From Raja brachyura (lineage: Eukaryota), in assembly GCA_963514005.1 (NCBI GenBank), contig OY740787.1, forward strand, positions 62,000,001 through 62,064,000: DNA of 64,000 nucleotides, in the 5' to 3' direction. The notes beneath the pieces were generated by a model that did not search any database, was not told the origin of the DNA, and saw only the letters and a list, made by a program, of their open reading frames with translations. The position numbers were made by a program, and so were the translations under genes. Each line of letters starts with the position of its first letter. Position 1 is the first letter of the stretch. Shown here piece by piece: positions 1 to 12,716 of the stretch.

Positions 1-299
1 GGCAGAGAGACCAGCTTGTCCCAAACCTCTGCTCCACCCTGCGCTGCCAACACACAGCCCATCACAGTGTGGCTGCAAGGTGGAAACGAGGCGGAGGGTG
101 GCCATTGCCGTGGGAGAGTGGGGGCTGTTTCCGAGGGATGCGCTCCTTCAGCTGCTTACAACTTGGTGCTCGGGTTCAGAGTGCCCAGTCACCTATGGCT
201 TGTGTGGGAAAATGACCCCCACCCTCCCGTCTCCATCAGCCAGTGATTGACGCGGGGGTCTGGACCAGTCCCCCCCCCCCCCCCCAGTGACATCATGTC

Positions 300-586
300 C
301 TTTATTTGACTTTTCGGCAGAGCGGCGATTCGGTAAGTTGGCTTGTAGACGACGCAGCCTTTAGATAAGTTGGCATTTCGGCAGAGCGGCCTTTCGGTGA
401 GTTTGCTTTTAGGTGTCCTACCCTTTCAGTTAGTTTGCTTCGGCATTCCGCCCTTTCGGTTAGTTGGTTTTACGGCTTTGTACGCTTTCGGTTATTTGGC
501 GATTCAGCTTTGTTTCCGTTCAGTTATTTGGCTTGCACTTCTTTGCTTCGGCTTCTCGTCCTTCGACGCCATGTCCGGGGAACCGC
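300..586. repeat. Degenerate short-period (~15-16 bp) TTCGG-containing repeat array, probably one end of a DNA transposon
   Basis: Recurrent ttcggc/ttcggt/ttcag units ending in ...atgtccggggaacc. No partner end was found in the window. Confidence 0.4.
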
Positions 587-589
587 CAT

Positions 590-785
590 AGATAGTGGTG
601 GAGACCAAGTCATTGGGTATTTTTAAGGTGGAGATTGACAGATTCTTGATTAGTAGGGGTGTCATAGGGAGAAAGCTGGAAAATGAGGTTGATGTGGAAA
701 GATAGATCAGCCATAATTGAATGACGGCATGGACTTGATAGGCCGAATGGCCTAATTCTGCTCCTATGACATGAAATTATGAACA
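590..785 (+). mobile_element. CR1 LINE 3' fragment
   Basis: gtggagaccaagtcattgggtatttttaag...cagccat...ggccgaatggcctaattctgctcctatg matches the CR1 3' end seen attached to CR1 ORF2 elsewhere in the window. Confidence 0.75.
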
Positions 786-885
786 TGAAAATGCTGGAGA
801 ACATGTATAGGCAATAGATCGAGAACAGGGTCCCGAGCCAAAACCTTTCCTATCCATGTTCTCCAGGGAAGCACCCTGACCCGCC

Positions 886-1119
886 GTCAGGACGCTGCGT
901 ACGACCATAATGCGCCTGCGTACCGACAGGCCGTTGACGCACATAGATTTCGGCCACTGCCAGAATTTCGGAGCCCCGCGCGATGTCGGGACCAGCCCCG
1001 CACAACTCAGCGCTTATAAGTGGGACCGGCCCCGTGCGGCCATACGGTGCCCGTATGCCTCAAGCGACCACGAGGTCGCGTAATTTGCGAGCCAAGGTTG
1101 CGTAAGTGGGACAGGCCCT
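886..1119. mobile_element. PIF/Harbinger-type MITE, right part only
   Basis: Ends in aagtgggacaggccct followed by TAA, the same TIR as the complete MITE at 4604-4851. Confidence 0.7.
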
Positions 1120-1196
1120 TAAATGCTGGGGTAGCTCAGCGAGTCAGGGTGCTTCCAGGAAAATAAGCAGGATTCACATTTTAAAAGAGTTGAAAT

Positions 1197-1528
1197 TTAG
1201 TTTAGTTTACTTTAGTTTAGTTTAGTTTAGTTTAGAGATACAGTGTGGAAACAGGCCCTTCGGCCTGTCGGAAACTGGCCCTGTCGGCCTGATTCCACAC
1301 CGACCAGCAATCACCCATATACTACCCTACACACTAGGGATACAGAAGCCAGTGAACTGGCAAACCTGTACGTCTTTTGAATGTCGGAGGAACCCAGAGC
1401 ACCCGGAGAAAACCCATGCAGGTCACAAGGAGAACGTACAAACAGACAGCACCCGTAATCAGGATTGAACCTGGGTCTCTGGCGCAGTAAAAGACAGTAA
1501 CTCAACCGCTGCGCCACTTTGCTGCCCC
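1197..1528 (-). mobile_element. tRNA-derived SINE (V-SINE/HE1-like)
   Basis: Minus strand shows a tRNA-like head (gtggcgcagcggttgag...ggttcaatcc), the core gggtgctctgggttcctcc and a (CTAAA)n tail. More than ten related copies occur in the window. Confidence 0.85.
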
Positions 1529-2818
1529 AATTTGAAAGGAATGTTGTAAGGAACTGTATTTGTTTTGTACATAAGGATCAATAATTTACATTTGTCAATT
1601 TACTTATTTTCCCAGCTCAGCATTGCAATGCAATGCAACCAATCTTAGTCCTGGTGTTCAACCAACCTTGAATGCACAAACTTGAGGTGGATGAACAACA
1701 ATCAGCAAAATTCAGGATTATTTATAAATATTTTAGGTGCTGAGATATCTCATTGTCAGACTTTTACATTGCTAATGGTAAGAATTGGGTGCCAATTTAA
1801 TTAGTATGTTCCTGCCCGTAACATTTAATTAATATAGGTCACAGTTCCAGGGTTGTTATTGAAGATCGATGCACTGGTCTATTTGAATGGTGACAAACGC
1901 AAATAGGTCATCATGCTCCTGACACCCTTTTCCAGGGTGTTCTGTGTCCCGTCCATGATTGTCTTGTTCGGTGATGCCAACGATTAACAGACTCCCCTGT
2001 CAGGCCTTTGGTCTTAAAGAGGAAAGAACAACAGTTCCCAAATCATAGTGAGAAACCACTGTCTTAAGCCGTTAAGCAGTGTCGTAATGCTGGGAAACCA
2101 CCACTCTAACCAACAGAAGGCCACGGCCAAGCCAACTGCTGGGCTCATCCTTAGATGTTAAAGGTATGGTGCTTTGAATGATATTTTAAACGTTATTATA
2201 ACCATGTCGCAGTGAGATTCTTTGTTTTGCATACCCAAGGAATACCCGACCTGAAACACCACCTATCTATATTCTACAGAGATGCTGCCTGAGCGGCTGA
2301 GTTACTCCAGGACTTTGTATCTATTTTTGACATTTTCTTTGCATGGTGGGACATGAATACTGGATGAAAGGAACTATGCAAGCTCACTTCATTTGGTGGA
2401 TAACACATTCCTGCCATTTTATACTACATTAATTAAATACTGCTATATCTTCTTTTTTTGTCATGTTGCATTCCAATACATGTTATAGTCATTAAGTGTG
2501 GAAAATGGCCCTTTGGCCCAACTTGCCCACGCCAACCAACAAGCCCCATCTACACTAGTCCCACTGGCCTGCATTTGGCCCATATCCCTCTCAACCTATC
2601 CTACAATGTACCTGTGCAACTTGCCTTAACTATCTCCTCTGACTGCTCGTTCCACATACCTACCACCCTTTGTGTAAAAAACGTTCCCCCTCAGCTTCCA
2701 ATTAAATTTTTACCCCCCTCATGTTAAACTTACAATACGCTTGATGCATCTTTTTTATACGGCAGACAGACATGAGGCATTATTCCAAAACCAATAAAAG
2801 AGTAAAATTATCTCACTT

Positions 2819-2903
2819 CACGTGTAGCAACCATGACTCAAATTACATCCAGTTTGCTGCTTGTGTGCTTATGGTACCTATTAGCATTGTTACCATGGTA
2901 ACA
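2819..2903. promoter_or_regulatory. Candidate enhancer motif cluster (E-box, AP-1, RFX X-box)
   Basis: CACGTG at 2819-2824, TGACTCA at 2834-2840 and the perfect palindrome TGTTACCATGGTAACA at 2888-2903, in non-repeat sequence. Confidence 0.4.
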
Positions 2904-3077
2904 TTCATGCTAAGTGATACACGTATAATGTTCTAAGTTTTGCAATAGTGGACCACAAACACCAGCATTTTAAGATTTCTCAGCAACTGTTTGAGTAATT
3001 CATCAAACTAGCAAGATTTCTTCAGGGTAACAATGAATCAGTTGTAGTTGGAACATGCTGTGGAACTATCCACTGTG

Positions 3078-3315
3078 GGGCAACATGGCGGCGCAGTGGT
3101 AGAGTTGCTGCCTTAACAGTGCCAGAGAAGCGGGTTTGATCCTGACTACATGGTTTTTGTACGTTCTCCCTGTAACCACATGGGTTTTCTCTGGCTGCTC
3201 TGGTTTCCTCCCACATTCCAAAACGTGCAGGTGTGTAGGTTAATTGGCTTCTGTAAATTGTCTCTAGTGTGTAGGATAGCCCAATGGCCTGTTTCCGCTC
3301 TGTATCTCTAAAGTC
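3078..3315 (+). mobile_element. tRNA-derived SINE (V-SINE/HE1-like), internally deleted
   Basis: ggcgcagtggtagagttgctgcc head, ggtttcctcccacattccaaa core and tgtatctctaaa tail. Confidence 0.8.
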
Positions 3316-3659
3316 AAGCCTAAAGCAATGTTCATTATCATATTCTATGGCACAGCAGGTTTGAACATCATTTTCACACAACCAGCATTTAGAATGTAAT
3401 ACATTTTCAACATAGGGCAGCACATTCCAAAGACTCCTGACTCCCCGACTAAATGTTATCTCTGTATGCTTCGTTGTCACCTTCTAGTTAACAATGTTCT
3501 ATTCTATATTTGATCTGCATCCCTTGACGTCTCATTTTCACACCTTACACTCCCTTATCTGTGTCTCCCTCTCCCCTGACTCACAGTCTGAAGAAGGGTC
3601 TCGACCCAAAACATCTCCAATTCCTTCTATCCAGAGATGCTGCCTGTCCTGCTGAGTAA

Positions 3660-3883
3660 TGCCCCTGTTTCACTTAGGAAACCTGAACGGAAACCTCTGG
3701 AGACTTTGAATCACACCCAAGGTTTCCGTGTGGTTCCCGGAGGTTCCCAGAGGTTTTTGTCAGTCTCCCTAATGGTCGAAACTGACAAAAACCTCCGGGA
3801 ACCTCTGGGAACCGCACGGAACCTTGGGTGGGGCGCAAGTCTCCAGAGGTTTCCATTCAGGTTTCCTAAGTGGGACAGGGGCA
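3660..3883. mobile_element. Fully palindromic PIF/Harbinger-type MITE
   Basis: tgcccctgtttcacttaggaaacctgaa ... ttcaggtttcctaagtgggacaggggca. The arms are complementary over ~110 bp and flanked by TAA/TTA. Inserted in a Penelope-derived repeat. Confidence 0.85.
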
Positions 3884-4603
3884 TTACAGCAGTATTTTGT
3901 GTCTACATTCCAAAGACTGACAGGTTTGTAGGAAAATTGTCTTCTGTAAATTGTCCCTAGTGTGTAGGATGGAACTATGGTATGGGGTGATTATTCATTG
4001 GCATGGACTCAGTGGCCCGAAGGGCCTGTTTCCACTCTGTATCTCTAAACTAAACTACTAAGGCATGTAAAATTGGATGATAGGCCCATAGATTAAAGCA
4101 AAAGATGTGAAACAGAAGTATTGAAGGGATACAAATTATGAAGCCAGAGAGGAGAATGTAGGGGGAGAAGGAGGGGAGAAATAGGTGCTGGTGCAGGTGG
4201 GGTGGGGGTGGGGGTGGGGGGGGGGGGGGGGGGAGGAGGGAGAATTGAGAGGAGAGGGGTTGCTCAAGGTTACCTAATGTTGTAGAATTCGTTGTTCATA
4301 CCATCGGGTTGCACACTACCCAATAAATGATTTTGGCAAAATTATGAAATCATTTTATTGGCTTTATGTAAAAGGACGTACATTTAGAAAGGAGATGAGG
4401 AGGAATTTGTTTAGCCAGAAAATGGTGAATCTGTGTAATTCATTGCCAGAGATGCCTGTGGAGGCCAAGCCATTGGGTATTTTTAAAGCGGTGAGTGACA
4501 AGTTCTTGATTAGGAAAGAGTCGAGAGGGAAAGGTAGATTATCTATTATTGTATGGCGGTCAACTCAATGCGCTGAATGGCCTAATTCTGCTCGTTTGAC
4601 TTA

Positions 4604-4851
4604 AGGGCCTGTCCCACTTTCATGACCTAATTCATGACCACTGCCGAGTTTGCCCTTGACTCATACTCGCAGCATGGTCGTCATGAGGTCGTAGGAGGTC
4701 GTAGGAAGTCGTAGGTAGTTTGTAGGTAGGTCGTAATACTAGTCATAGGTACTCGTGGCAATAAGTAGGTCGGGGCATTTTTCTTGCCTGATGAAAAATG
4801 TCCACGAGTAAAAAAAGTCGTGAAATAGGTCGTGAAAGTGGGACAGGCCCT
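4604..4851. mobile_element. PIF/Harbinger-type MITE
   Basis: TIR agggcctgtcccactttcatgaccta / taggtcgtgaaagtgggacaggccct; TTA target duplication at 4601-4603 and 4852-4854; internal ggtcgta repeats. Confidence 0.88.
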
Positions 4852-5389
4852 TTACAAACGTACAAACCTATAAATAATCACTATGTGTCTGCTCTCACAC
4901 CAAACCTGTCGATTTAATTTCTACCCTCAGTTTTAGATCATCTAGTATGTTTTGGCTCTGTTTTGCCTGTTATTGACGAAGCATGTTCATTCCATTTGAA
5001 TTCTGCAGACTTCAAAGGTTCATGTGCAACCGTACAGTGAAATTCTTTTTGAAGAAAAGAATTGTGTAGTAGGAGATGACTTGTAAGATAATGTAGTGAA
5101 GTTAGCCTTTACAGCGTTACAGAATAGCGTTACAGAACAGCTTATTTGATGAAAAAGTAAATTGAATGCAGTGTAATTTGAGCAAATGATACACCAGCCA
5201 TTCTGTAGTTCCCCCAAGGATTAAATGCACCCCACAGTGTTTCAAAATGCCTAATGTTCAGTTGCTTTTTACCTTCTAAAATACATGTTTTACTCTTCCC
5301 TTGCATTCAAAGCCAAAATCTATTGTTTTAATTCCATAAATGATTGTAATTCATAAACCTTACAGATGATTATTTATAAAATATTTTGT

Positions 5390-5730
5390 TTTGTTTAGTT
5401 TATTGTCACGTGTACTGAGGTACAGTGTAAACCTTTTATACAAGCTAACCAGTCAGCGGAAATAATTTACGTGATTACAATTGAGCAGTCCCCAGTGTAT
5501 CAGGAATAGCGTTTAGTGCAAGATAAGGTTAATTAGGTCTGATTAGAGATAGTCCAAGGGTCTCCAGTGGGGTAATTAGTAGCACCAGATAGAATGGTTC
5601 AGTTGCCTGATAACAGCTGGGAAGAAACTGTCACTGAATCTGAACGGGTGCGTTTTCACACTTCTGTACCTCTTGCCTGATGGGAAAGCGGACAAGAGGG
5701 AGTTACCGGCATGAGTGGTCCTTGATTGGG
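5390..5730 (-). mobile_element. Rex1/Babar-like LINE 3' fragment
   Basis: Reverse complement of the ...cactgtacctcggtacacgtgacaataaactaaac tail found with Rex1-like RT remnants at 12717-13700. Confidence 0.6.
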
Positions 5731-5787
5731 TTTGATTTTGAATATTAAATAATAATGCAAATGGGACATGGAAAATAAGACCAACAG

Positions 5788-6001
5788 CACTATCCTACAC
5801 ACTAGGGACAATTTTCCAACTTACTAAAGCCAATTGACCTACAAACCTGTAAGTCTTTGGAGTGTGGGAGTAAACCTGTGTACTCGGAGAAAATCCACAT
5901 GGTCACAGGGAGAATGTATAAACTCCGTAAAGACAGCAGCCGCAGTCAGAATCGAACCTGGGTCTCTGGTGCCGTAAGGCAGCAACTTTACCGCTGTGCC
6001 A
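5788..6001 (-). mobile_element. tRNA-derived SINE (V-SINE/HE1-like)
   Basis: Same head and core as 1197-1528. Confidence 0.8.
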
Positions 6002-6009
6002 TCTACAAT

Positions 6010-6540
6010 TTAGAGTGGTTAATAAAAATAGGTATGCTTGTCTTCATTGGTTGAGACATTGAGTATAAGACTCAGGAAGTCAGAATGCAGCTTTATAGGA
6101 CTTTGGTTAGGCTGCATTTGGAGTATTGCTCTTTGGAATATTCCGGTTGCCCAGGTGCAAGAAGGATGTGGTGGCTTTGGAAAGAATGCAGAGGAAGTTT
6201 ACCTGAACAATGCCTGGATTAGGTATTAGGTACAGGGAGAGGTTGAATTGTTTTCTCTGGAACGTTGGAGGTTGAGGGGAAACCTAGTGGAAGTATAAGA
6301 AACAATGAGATACATAGATAGGATAGAGAGTCAGGACTTTTTTTCTAGTATGGAAAAATCAAATACTAAAGGTCATAGCTTTAAGTTGAGAGGGGTCAAT
6401 TTAAAGGAGATGTGTGGGCACATTATTTACACAGAGGGTGTTGAGTGTCTGCAATGTACTGGAGGGTGGTGGTTGAGGCAGATACGATAGTGGTGTTTAC
6501 GATAGGCATATGGATATGTGGGGAATGGATGATATGGAAC
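6010..6540 (+). mobile_element. Decayed CR1 LINE 3' part
   Basis: Remnants of LYRTLVRLHLEYC and TKGHSFKL motifs of CR1 ORF2. Confidence 0.75.
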
Positions 6541-6814
6541 ACTTGCAGGCAGTTAAGTCTTGCTGTACTGTTTTATTTTCTAATACCTGCATTGAAATAA
6601 TACTTCTGTGTGTGATTTGGTTGGAAATAGAAGTAATTAATTTTGGGCGCTTTACATACAAACTTTGTATTTTTCTCCTGTTAAAATTGAACATGGAAAG
6701 AAAAACTTAAAATATTTACAAACTCAAAGTATGGTTGCATTATGGGAGGAAGCATTTTGGTCCATTAAATACATGATGACTGACTGGGAATAGTCCCTTA
6801 GCTTATATCTGTGG

Positions 6815-9800
6815 TTAGTTTAGTTTAGAGATATAGTGTGGAAGCAGGGCCTTCGGCCCATTGAGTCCATGCCAACCAGTGATCTCCTTTATGCTAATTT
6901 TACTTCAGAATCCTGTGAGTGACTACGTGAAGAAGGCCGTCAGTCCGCTTAGCGCGTCATTACATTGACCCGTTCTGCGCGAACGAGCTGACTGGCGGCA
7001 GCTTCGCTCTGTCCAGCGGTAAGTTCAACCCAACGGTAAGTTACCTTTTTTCCAGGTTTCTTCTGTTTTCCTTTTTGCAGGACTCTCTGTTCAGAGAGGT
7101 ACCTGCACGTCTGGGGCGAAGTCCGGATGGGCCGCGGAACTGGTCATGGACCACGGGGAATCCCAGTCTCAGCCACAGATATTGGGATCGAGGGGAAACC
7201 GGCTACAGAGACCGTGGAAGTGCGGGTAGCTGGCGGCCATCGGACGCCCCCCCAAAAAAAGTCACTGACATCGCAGTCAGTGCTTTCCGGATTGGCAGTG
7301 ATTCCCCGGAAGGAAGTTAAGCCAACCACACACCGGCAAGGTCTGCAAGCCAGGCCAGGAGGGTCTCATCACCCGACTACAAGGGACGTCTGCTTCCAGG
7401 CCGGCTGTGGTTCCCAGGTAGGGGGTAGAATGAACCACAGGCCGCCAAAGCCTAGGAAGTCAGGCAAGCAGGGTGCCCGCCCACATACAGGGGCCAGCTT
7501 TATCCAGACCGCTGTGGTCCCCCACATAGTGTGTTTACCCCACAGCAGTGGGGCATGCCTGTGGAAGTCAGGCCAGGAGGGACCCCAACAACATATAGCG
7601 GTCAGCCGCTTCCAGACCGCTGTGGGTCCCCAGAAAGGGGGTCAAACTTAAGGTAAGACAGTCAGGCCCGTGGACTACGGGAGTCAGGCCAGGTTTCCTG
7701 ATGGACAGGATCCCCTCCTACATGGGTAACATTTTCAAACGTTCAAACACACATGGAGCACCTGATGGAGAGGTGCTCCACAATGATATACTCCAAAGTA
7801 GGGAGTTATCAGCCCGGGTATTATGGAGAACCCGCAGGCAGCGGCACCTGTTTTCAGGGCTGCACAATGTCTCCCTCTCTGAGGAGGGGAGCATTCAGGG
7901 TCAGTTTCCGTCTGACCCAGAGCAAAAACCTGACATAGGACCCTAGGAGGAGCCATGTCAGCGCAGGTGCCTCAGGGACCTGCGGAAGCACCTGTTTTCA
8001 GGGCTGCCCACGAATCTCCCGCTCTGTGGAGGGGAGTGCGAGTGATCAGTATGGAACTGACTTCAAATTCTAAGTATGTCCGTGGAACATACTGGAGCAC
8101 ATGCGTATGGCTTCAAGAGATACTCGCAAATGCTACAAGTGCCGGCAGTGAACAGCGCTACCTGGGAGACATTGGAGAGCATGCAATCCAAGAAATAAAA
8201 CCAGCCGCCAAATCCTCTCTTCAGGTAAGACTTTTTCTACAGGTAAGACCAGGATGTGGAAGCAAAAGCTGTCGGACTAATCAAGGTACCGACGATGAGC
8301 AAAGCTTCATTGGCGGGCGACGACACACCCCACGCCTCCATCGGGGGCAGTGGTTCACTAAAGCCGGCAGCTTGAAACCTGTGCGCGCAAATATGGCCAG
8401 CGTTGTCTTTCGAGGCAGGCTCAGAATTGGGGCCAGAGCTGCCTTACGAGGCAGGCTCAGTATGAGGAGAGTTTTCAGACCAAAGCCTAATGGCTTAGCA
8501 TACGATCACCGGCAGCCATGGAGGTAGGTGGGTCTTGTTCTCCCAAAACATGGGTTTGAGAACCATTTACATGTTGTTAGTATTTACACTTGTGTTTTTC
8601 TACAAATTACCATGCTTGCATGAGATTTAGGTCTGGGTTTAATAAACTGATGATAACATGTGATTACTTTATACTGCACAACATACTAGGTTCCAAGCAG
8701 GCTTGGAATTGGGGCCGAAGTTGTCTTTCGAGACAGGCCCAGTATTATGGGCTGGATTGCCTTTCAGGATAGGGTGAAAGAAGCAGGATGTCACTTCATC
8801 CAGATTTAACTCCTATGTGCAGTATAGACTTTCAAAATGGGCAGTTCCCATTCACAGGGAGCACCGGAGATATTTGAAATTTATCCGGATGGGTCAATGC
8901 AACAGGAAAACCGTTGCAAATGGGCTACTTCAGCTCCCAGGTTTATTTACCAAATTAGTTAAACCGGAACTTGGGCTGCTCAGAGCTCTAGAACATTTGT
9001 TATCACCTATCTGGATAATATTTTTAAACACTGTATTTTAGTAAATTAACTGTTGCAGCCCAAACTATATTTGAGGATTGGGGTCCTTTAATCCATCCAG
9101 TTAAATTTAAATTGATACCAATCAGAACAATTGACTGTTGGGATTACATTTTACTATCAATTTAACAGGGACTCCGCCCTGGGACAGGAGGTGGAATTAT
9201 CAGAAGCCTGTAACAACCTCGTTGTTATAAGCAACAATCTACTCATTAAGTGTAATTGGCAATATAGCAGCTATGTTCCAGTGGTGCAAATTGGGCCTTT
9301 GCATTATCAGAACCTACTACGTGCAAAGAATTAACCCCTCAGTACCATGTATGACTTTGTTAATAGACCCAGGCCACACCAACTGAAGCTACCGAAGTCA
9401 CAATGGTGGCAGCATTTAGCATTGTACCAGTAAGTTTGGTTAGTTATACTCAGTAATTACAAACTGATGCTAGTCCTCAAAGATGAGGAATTACGACTGC
9501 CATCTCCAGTTATGGAGGTGGATGCGGTTTGCATCAGTCACCAATTTTCAGTTTGGTATCAACTACCTATAACACAAGGTGCATCCTATAGGTTAAAAAT
9601 TATTGTGCGAATATGCATAAACTGCATGCTCAACTCCAAGCTGATACACTATGGTGGTGGCATATGTTAGTCACATGGGTGCAATAAAGTTAAACTATCC
9701 CATGATATTTACCTAACCTTGTTTGAGGCTATTGGATCATTAAGTGAAATCAATGACAACACACAATGAATGTTGGATCACTAAGTGTTTAATGTCGTCA

Positions 9801-11815
9801 TGACTCGATAAAACACCGAATATCGATATGTTTATATCCAGGCTCATTTTCCAGTTGTAAATACATGGCATACAGTGGCGAGAATACACTATTGCCACAC
9901 TGGGGAAGATTGTTTTTCTTGCATGTCTTTCCTCCATACTGCCACTTCAGTTGGGTCTTGCAATAAATCCAGCAAGACACCGCTTCAGGCGTTCAAATTG
10001 CCTGACTGGCATATGCAGCCAGGGGTTCCCGCTAACGTTGGGAATTATATAGAACCTAATATGGTCATTCTAAACATAACACTTGCTGGTTCTGCCTGTG
10101 ACATGGGAAACCAGCCACTGCAAAAAAATCAATTAATTGACTTGCAGACTCTGAGACGACAATGCCTACGGCTCAGGTTGTCCGACCGATCCATGTAGTG
10201 CACACTGCAGAGTGCAGGGGAGGCACCATAAGGCAGTACATTCCACTTCAGCAGATGGGAACCGTTTTTTGTTCTAATATACATGTTACGTACAACACAG
10301 CACGGATACTGATATCTTACAGTTCATTTTCAAATGGGTCCATGACAATAATTAAGGAAAGTGCCATTCACTATGCCTACGTGTTTTCTCATCATATTTG
10401 CTGCAGCAGTGGGACCCACACTGTTGGGACTCACACTCCAAACTCCAGAATATAAGGATATCTTTAATACAAGTTCTCCCAGGCCCGGTACCACAGAAGT
10501 ATGAGACATAGATGTAATGTTAACATTACTTCACCAGGGGGCACCAGCTACATTCTAAGCTCTCTAAGGTTCTTGTACTCATGGCACTGACCTCAGCGCA
10601 ACGGATCCAGTCACAACGTAAATTGCGACTGGACAGGATGGTACATCTGCTAATACATAACATTTTATGTTTTTGATTTAATTAACCAGAACTAACCTGG
10701 GGCTTAGGTCTCAAACAAGTTTGATGGCTACCCTCTGGACTTTCAGTAATGTGTGGTCACACCTTTACACTATACATCTAGGTCACCTAGAGCCCCCAAG
10801 GCTCCTCACTAGCTATGTTTGTTAGGTACAAAAAACTTCATAAAATTATTAGTTCCACCATCTCCAGGAGGTAAAACCATGGTTTTGGCTAATGTATGAG
10901 TTGATACTAATATTTACCACACTCACTCCACCAGGGCTGCTACTACATCAGCTCCAAGGGTAATGTTCGTTCCACAGGACCACAGCCTAGCAGCTGCAGG
11001 ATGGTCAAACGAACATACGTTACCAACATTTTAAATAACCCATTGCCAAACCGGGGGTATTTGCCAACTCCATTTAAGACTTTGATTTATAGTTTCCCCC
11101 TTGATGCAAGGGGTCACTATTATTTTTCTTTTGATGATTAAAGCATCAGCATTTTAACAGATTAAGTAATGTCTGAATGCATTAATCTTTTTCACTCATC
11201 CATGGTCACTTCATGCAGTGTGTAACGCAAGGATTCCTTTCCGGCATGAAATCATAGAGCTTTGAAATCTTCACATAGTCACTCACGTGACTCTGAATTA
11301 AAATAGTAAGATTAAACGAGAACTTACCAGTTTCAAGTTTGATCTTGATTTTATGGGGAGTTACGATGAACGTCTACGTGCCCACCGCTCCCAACCCTCA
11401 TATTATTAAGATCATCTGGTAGTTCTACTCTTCTCTAATCTTACTATGTTCAGTTCAACTACTGTTATCTGTGATTTCACACCACTGCTTTGAAGATTGA
11501 TGTGCCAAGCGGACTGATGATTTCTTCACGTAAACGCTCATCGTAACTCCTCATAAAATCAAGATCAAATTTCAAACTGGTAAGTTCTCATTTAATCTTA
11601 CTATTTTATTCTACACACCAGGGACAATTTACAGAAGCCAATTAACGTACAAACGTGCACATGTTTAGAATGTGGGAGGAAACCGGAACACCCAGAGAAA
11701 ATCTATGTGATCACAGAGACAACGTACAAACTCCATACAGGCAGCACCCATAGTCAGGATCAGGTCTCTGGCTTTATAAGGCAGCAACTCTGCCGCTGCA
11801 CCACTGAGCCGCCCA
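6815..11815 (-). mobile_element. tRNA-derived SINE split by the DIRS element (halves 6815-6903 and 11609-11815)
   Basis: The tail half lies left of the DIRS and the core/head half lies right; joined they give a contiguous SINE. Confidence 0.8.
6904..11608 (+). mobile_element. DIRS1-type tyrosine-recombinase retrotransposon, full span, decayed ORFs
   Basis: Left ITR (tacgtgaagaaggccgtcagtccgctt) is inverted at ~11497-11532. The ICR at 11269-11380 is complementary to both termini. RT remnant VPIHREHRRYLKF...FTKLVKP (8817-9041), RNase H TDAS (~9462), methyltransferase-like DMFISRL..FPPY (~9825-9945), and YR motifs HSTRAATTS and AAGWSNE (~10924-11030). Confidence 0.92.
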
Positions 11816-11849
11816 CTATTCTAATTACTCCATCCTTATTAAGAGGTTT

Positions 11850-12110
11850 ACACTTGGACAGCATTTTGCACAGTTTTTCCAGCCTGACGAAGGTTCTCGA
11901 CCCAAAACATCACCTATCCATGGGGAAAAGAGATGGGCGACATTTCGGGTCCGAACTCTTCTTCCGACTGAAACCAGGGGGGGGATTGGAGCCAGTTTCC
12001 AACCTGAAACGTCTACCATCCTTCTTCTCCGAAGACGTTATCTAGCCCGTTGAGTAACTCCAGCACTTTGTGCCTCCTTGTGTGTTAACCTGCATCTGCA
12101 CTTCTTTCTT
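11850..12110. mobile_element. Penelope-like terminal repeat fragments in alternating orientation
   Basis: ctgacgaaggttctcgacccaaaacatcacc motif in three copies (+,-,+), followed by gagtaactccagcactttgtg. Confidence 0.65.
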
Positions 12111-12716
12111 TCTACTCTCTCTCTTTTGCTATCTCCCTCACTTTAATGCTGTGTCTGACTCCATTTATAAGGCTGAACATCAAGAAGTTTTTAGGGGGTA
12201 TATAATGCTGTTTTTTAGTTTGAACATCACATTCATGATGTGAAAGTGGTAGTCTGTCCAAGTTATTGTCGACGTTAACCTGCATTAACAAGATGTATTT
12301 GACATCTGTAGCTTCTGACATCTATTATCACAGCTTATGAGTTTATGTCTGTGTAAAGTTTAGGGGCAAGAAAGGAAGGTGGTTTAGGAAAATACATTGT
12401 ATCTGACCTCTGTGGAATTATCATCTGGATTTGGGTCAAGGAGTCATAAAGGCAAAGAAGCATTCTGCATGGAGACAGGCTTTTCGGCCCATTGAATCCA
12501 TGCTGACCATCAAGCACCTTTTACATTGATCCTACACCAACCCAGATTTGATCTCCCCAAGACCCATCAACACCACCTAGATTCTGCCACTCATCCACAC
12601 ATTAGGGACAATTTACTGTGGTTAATTAACCTACCAATCCTCTCAAGCAGTCATAGAGAGAACTTGCAAACTCCACACATACAATAGTTGACTGTTGTTT
12701 GATGAACAATAGATAA

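Noticed and set aside
1450-1528. tRNA-like A/B box sequences
   Set aside because: These are SINE heads, not tRNA genes: there is no complete cloverleaf and they are always fused to the SINE core.
1936-2163. Acceptor/donor pair on the + strand (ttttccag|...AAG|gtatgg)
   Set aside because: There are stops in all three frames. It could be a non-coding exon but is unsupported.
7075-8527. Several 80-190 aa ORFs in the first DIRS
   Set aside because: They lie in the GC-rich, decayed gag-side region with no recognisable domain, so they were not called as CDS.
12143-12280. Possible minus-strand exon (cag|GTTAAC...ATTAAA|gtgagg) with an open frame
   Set aside because: The peptide is unrecognised, the pyrimidine tract is weak, and no partner exons were found.
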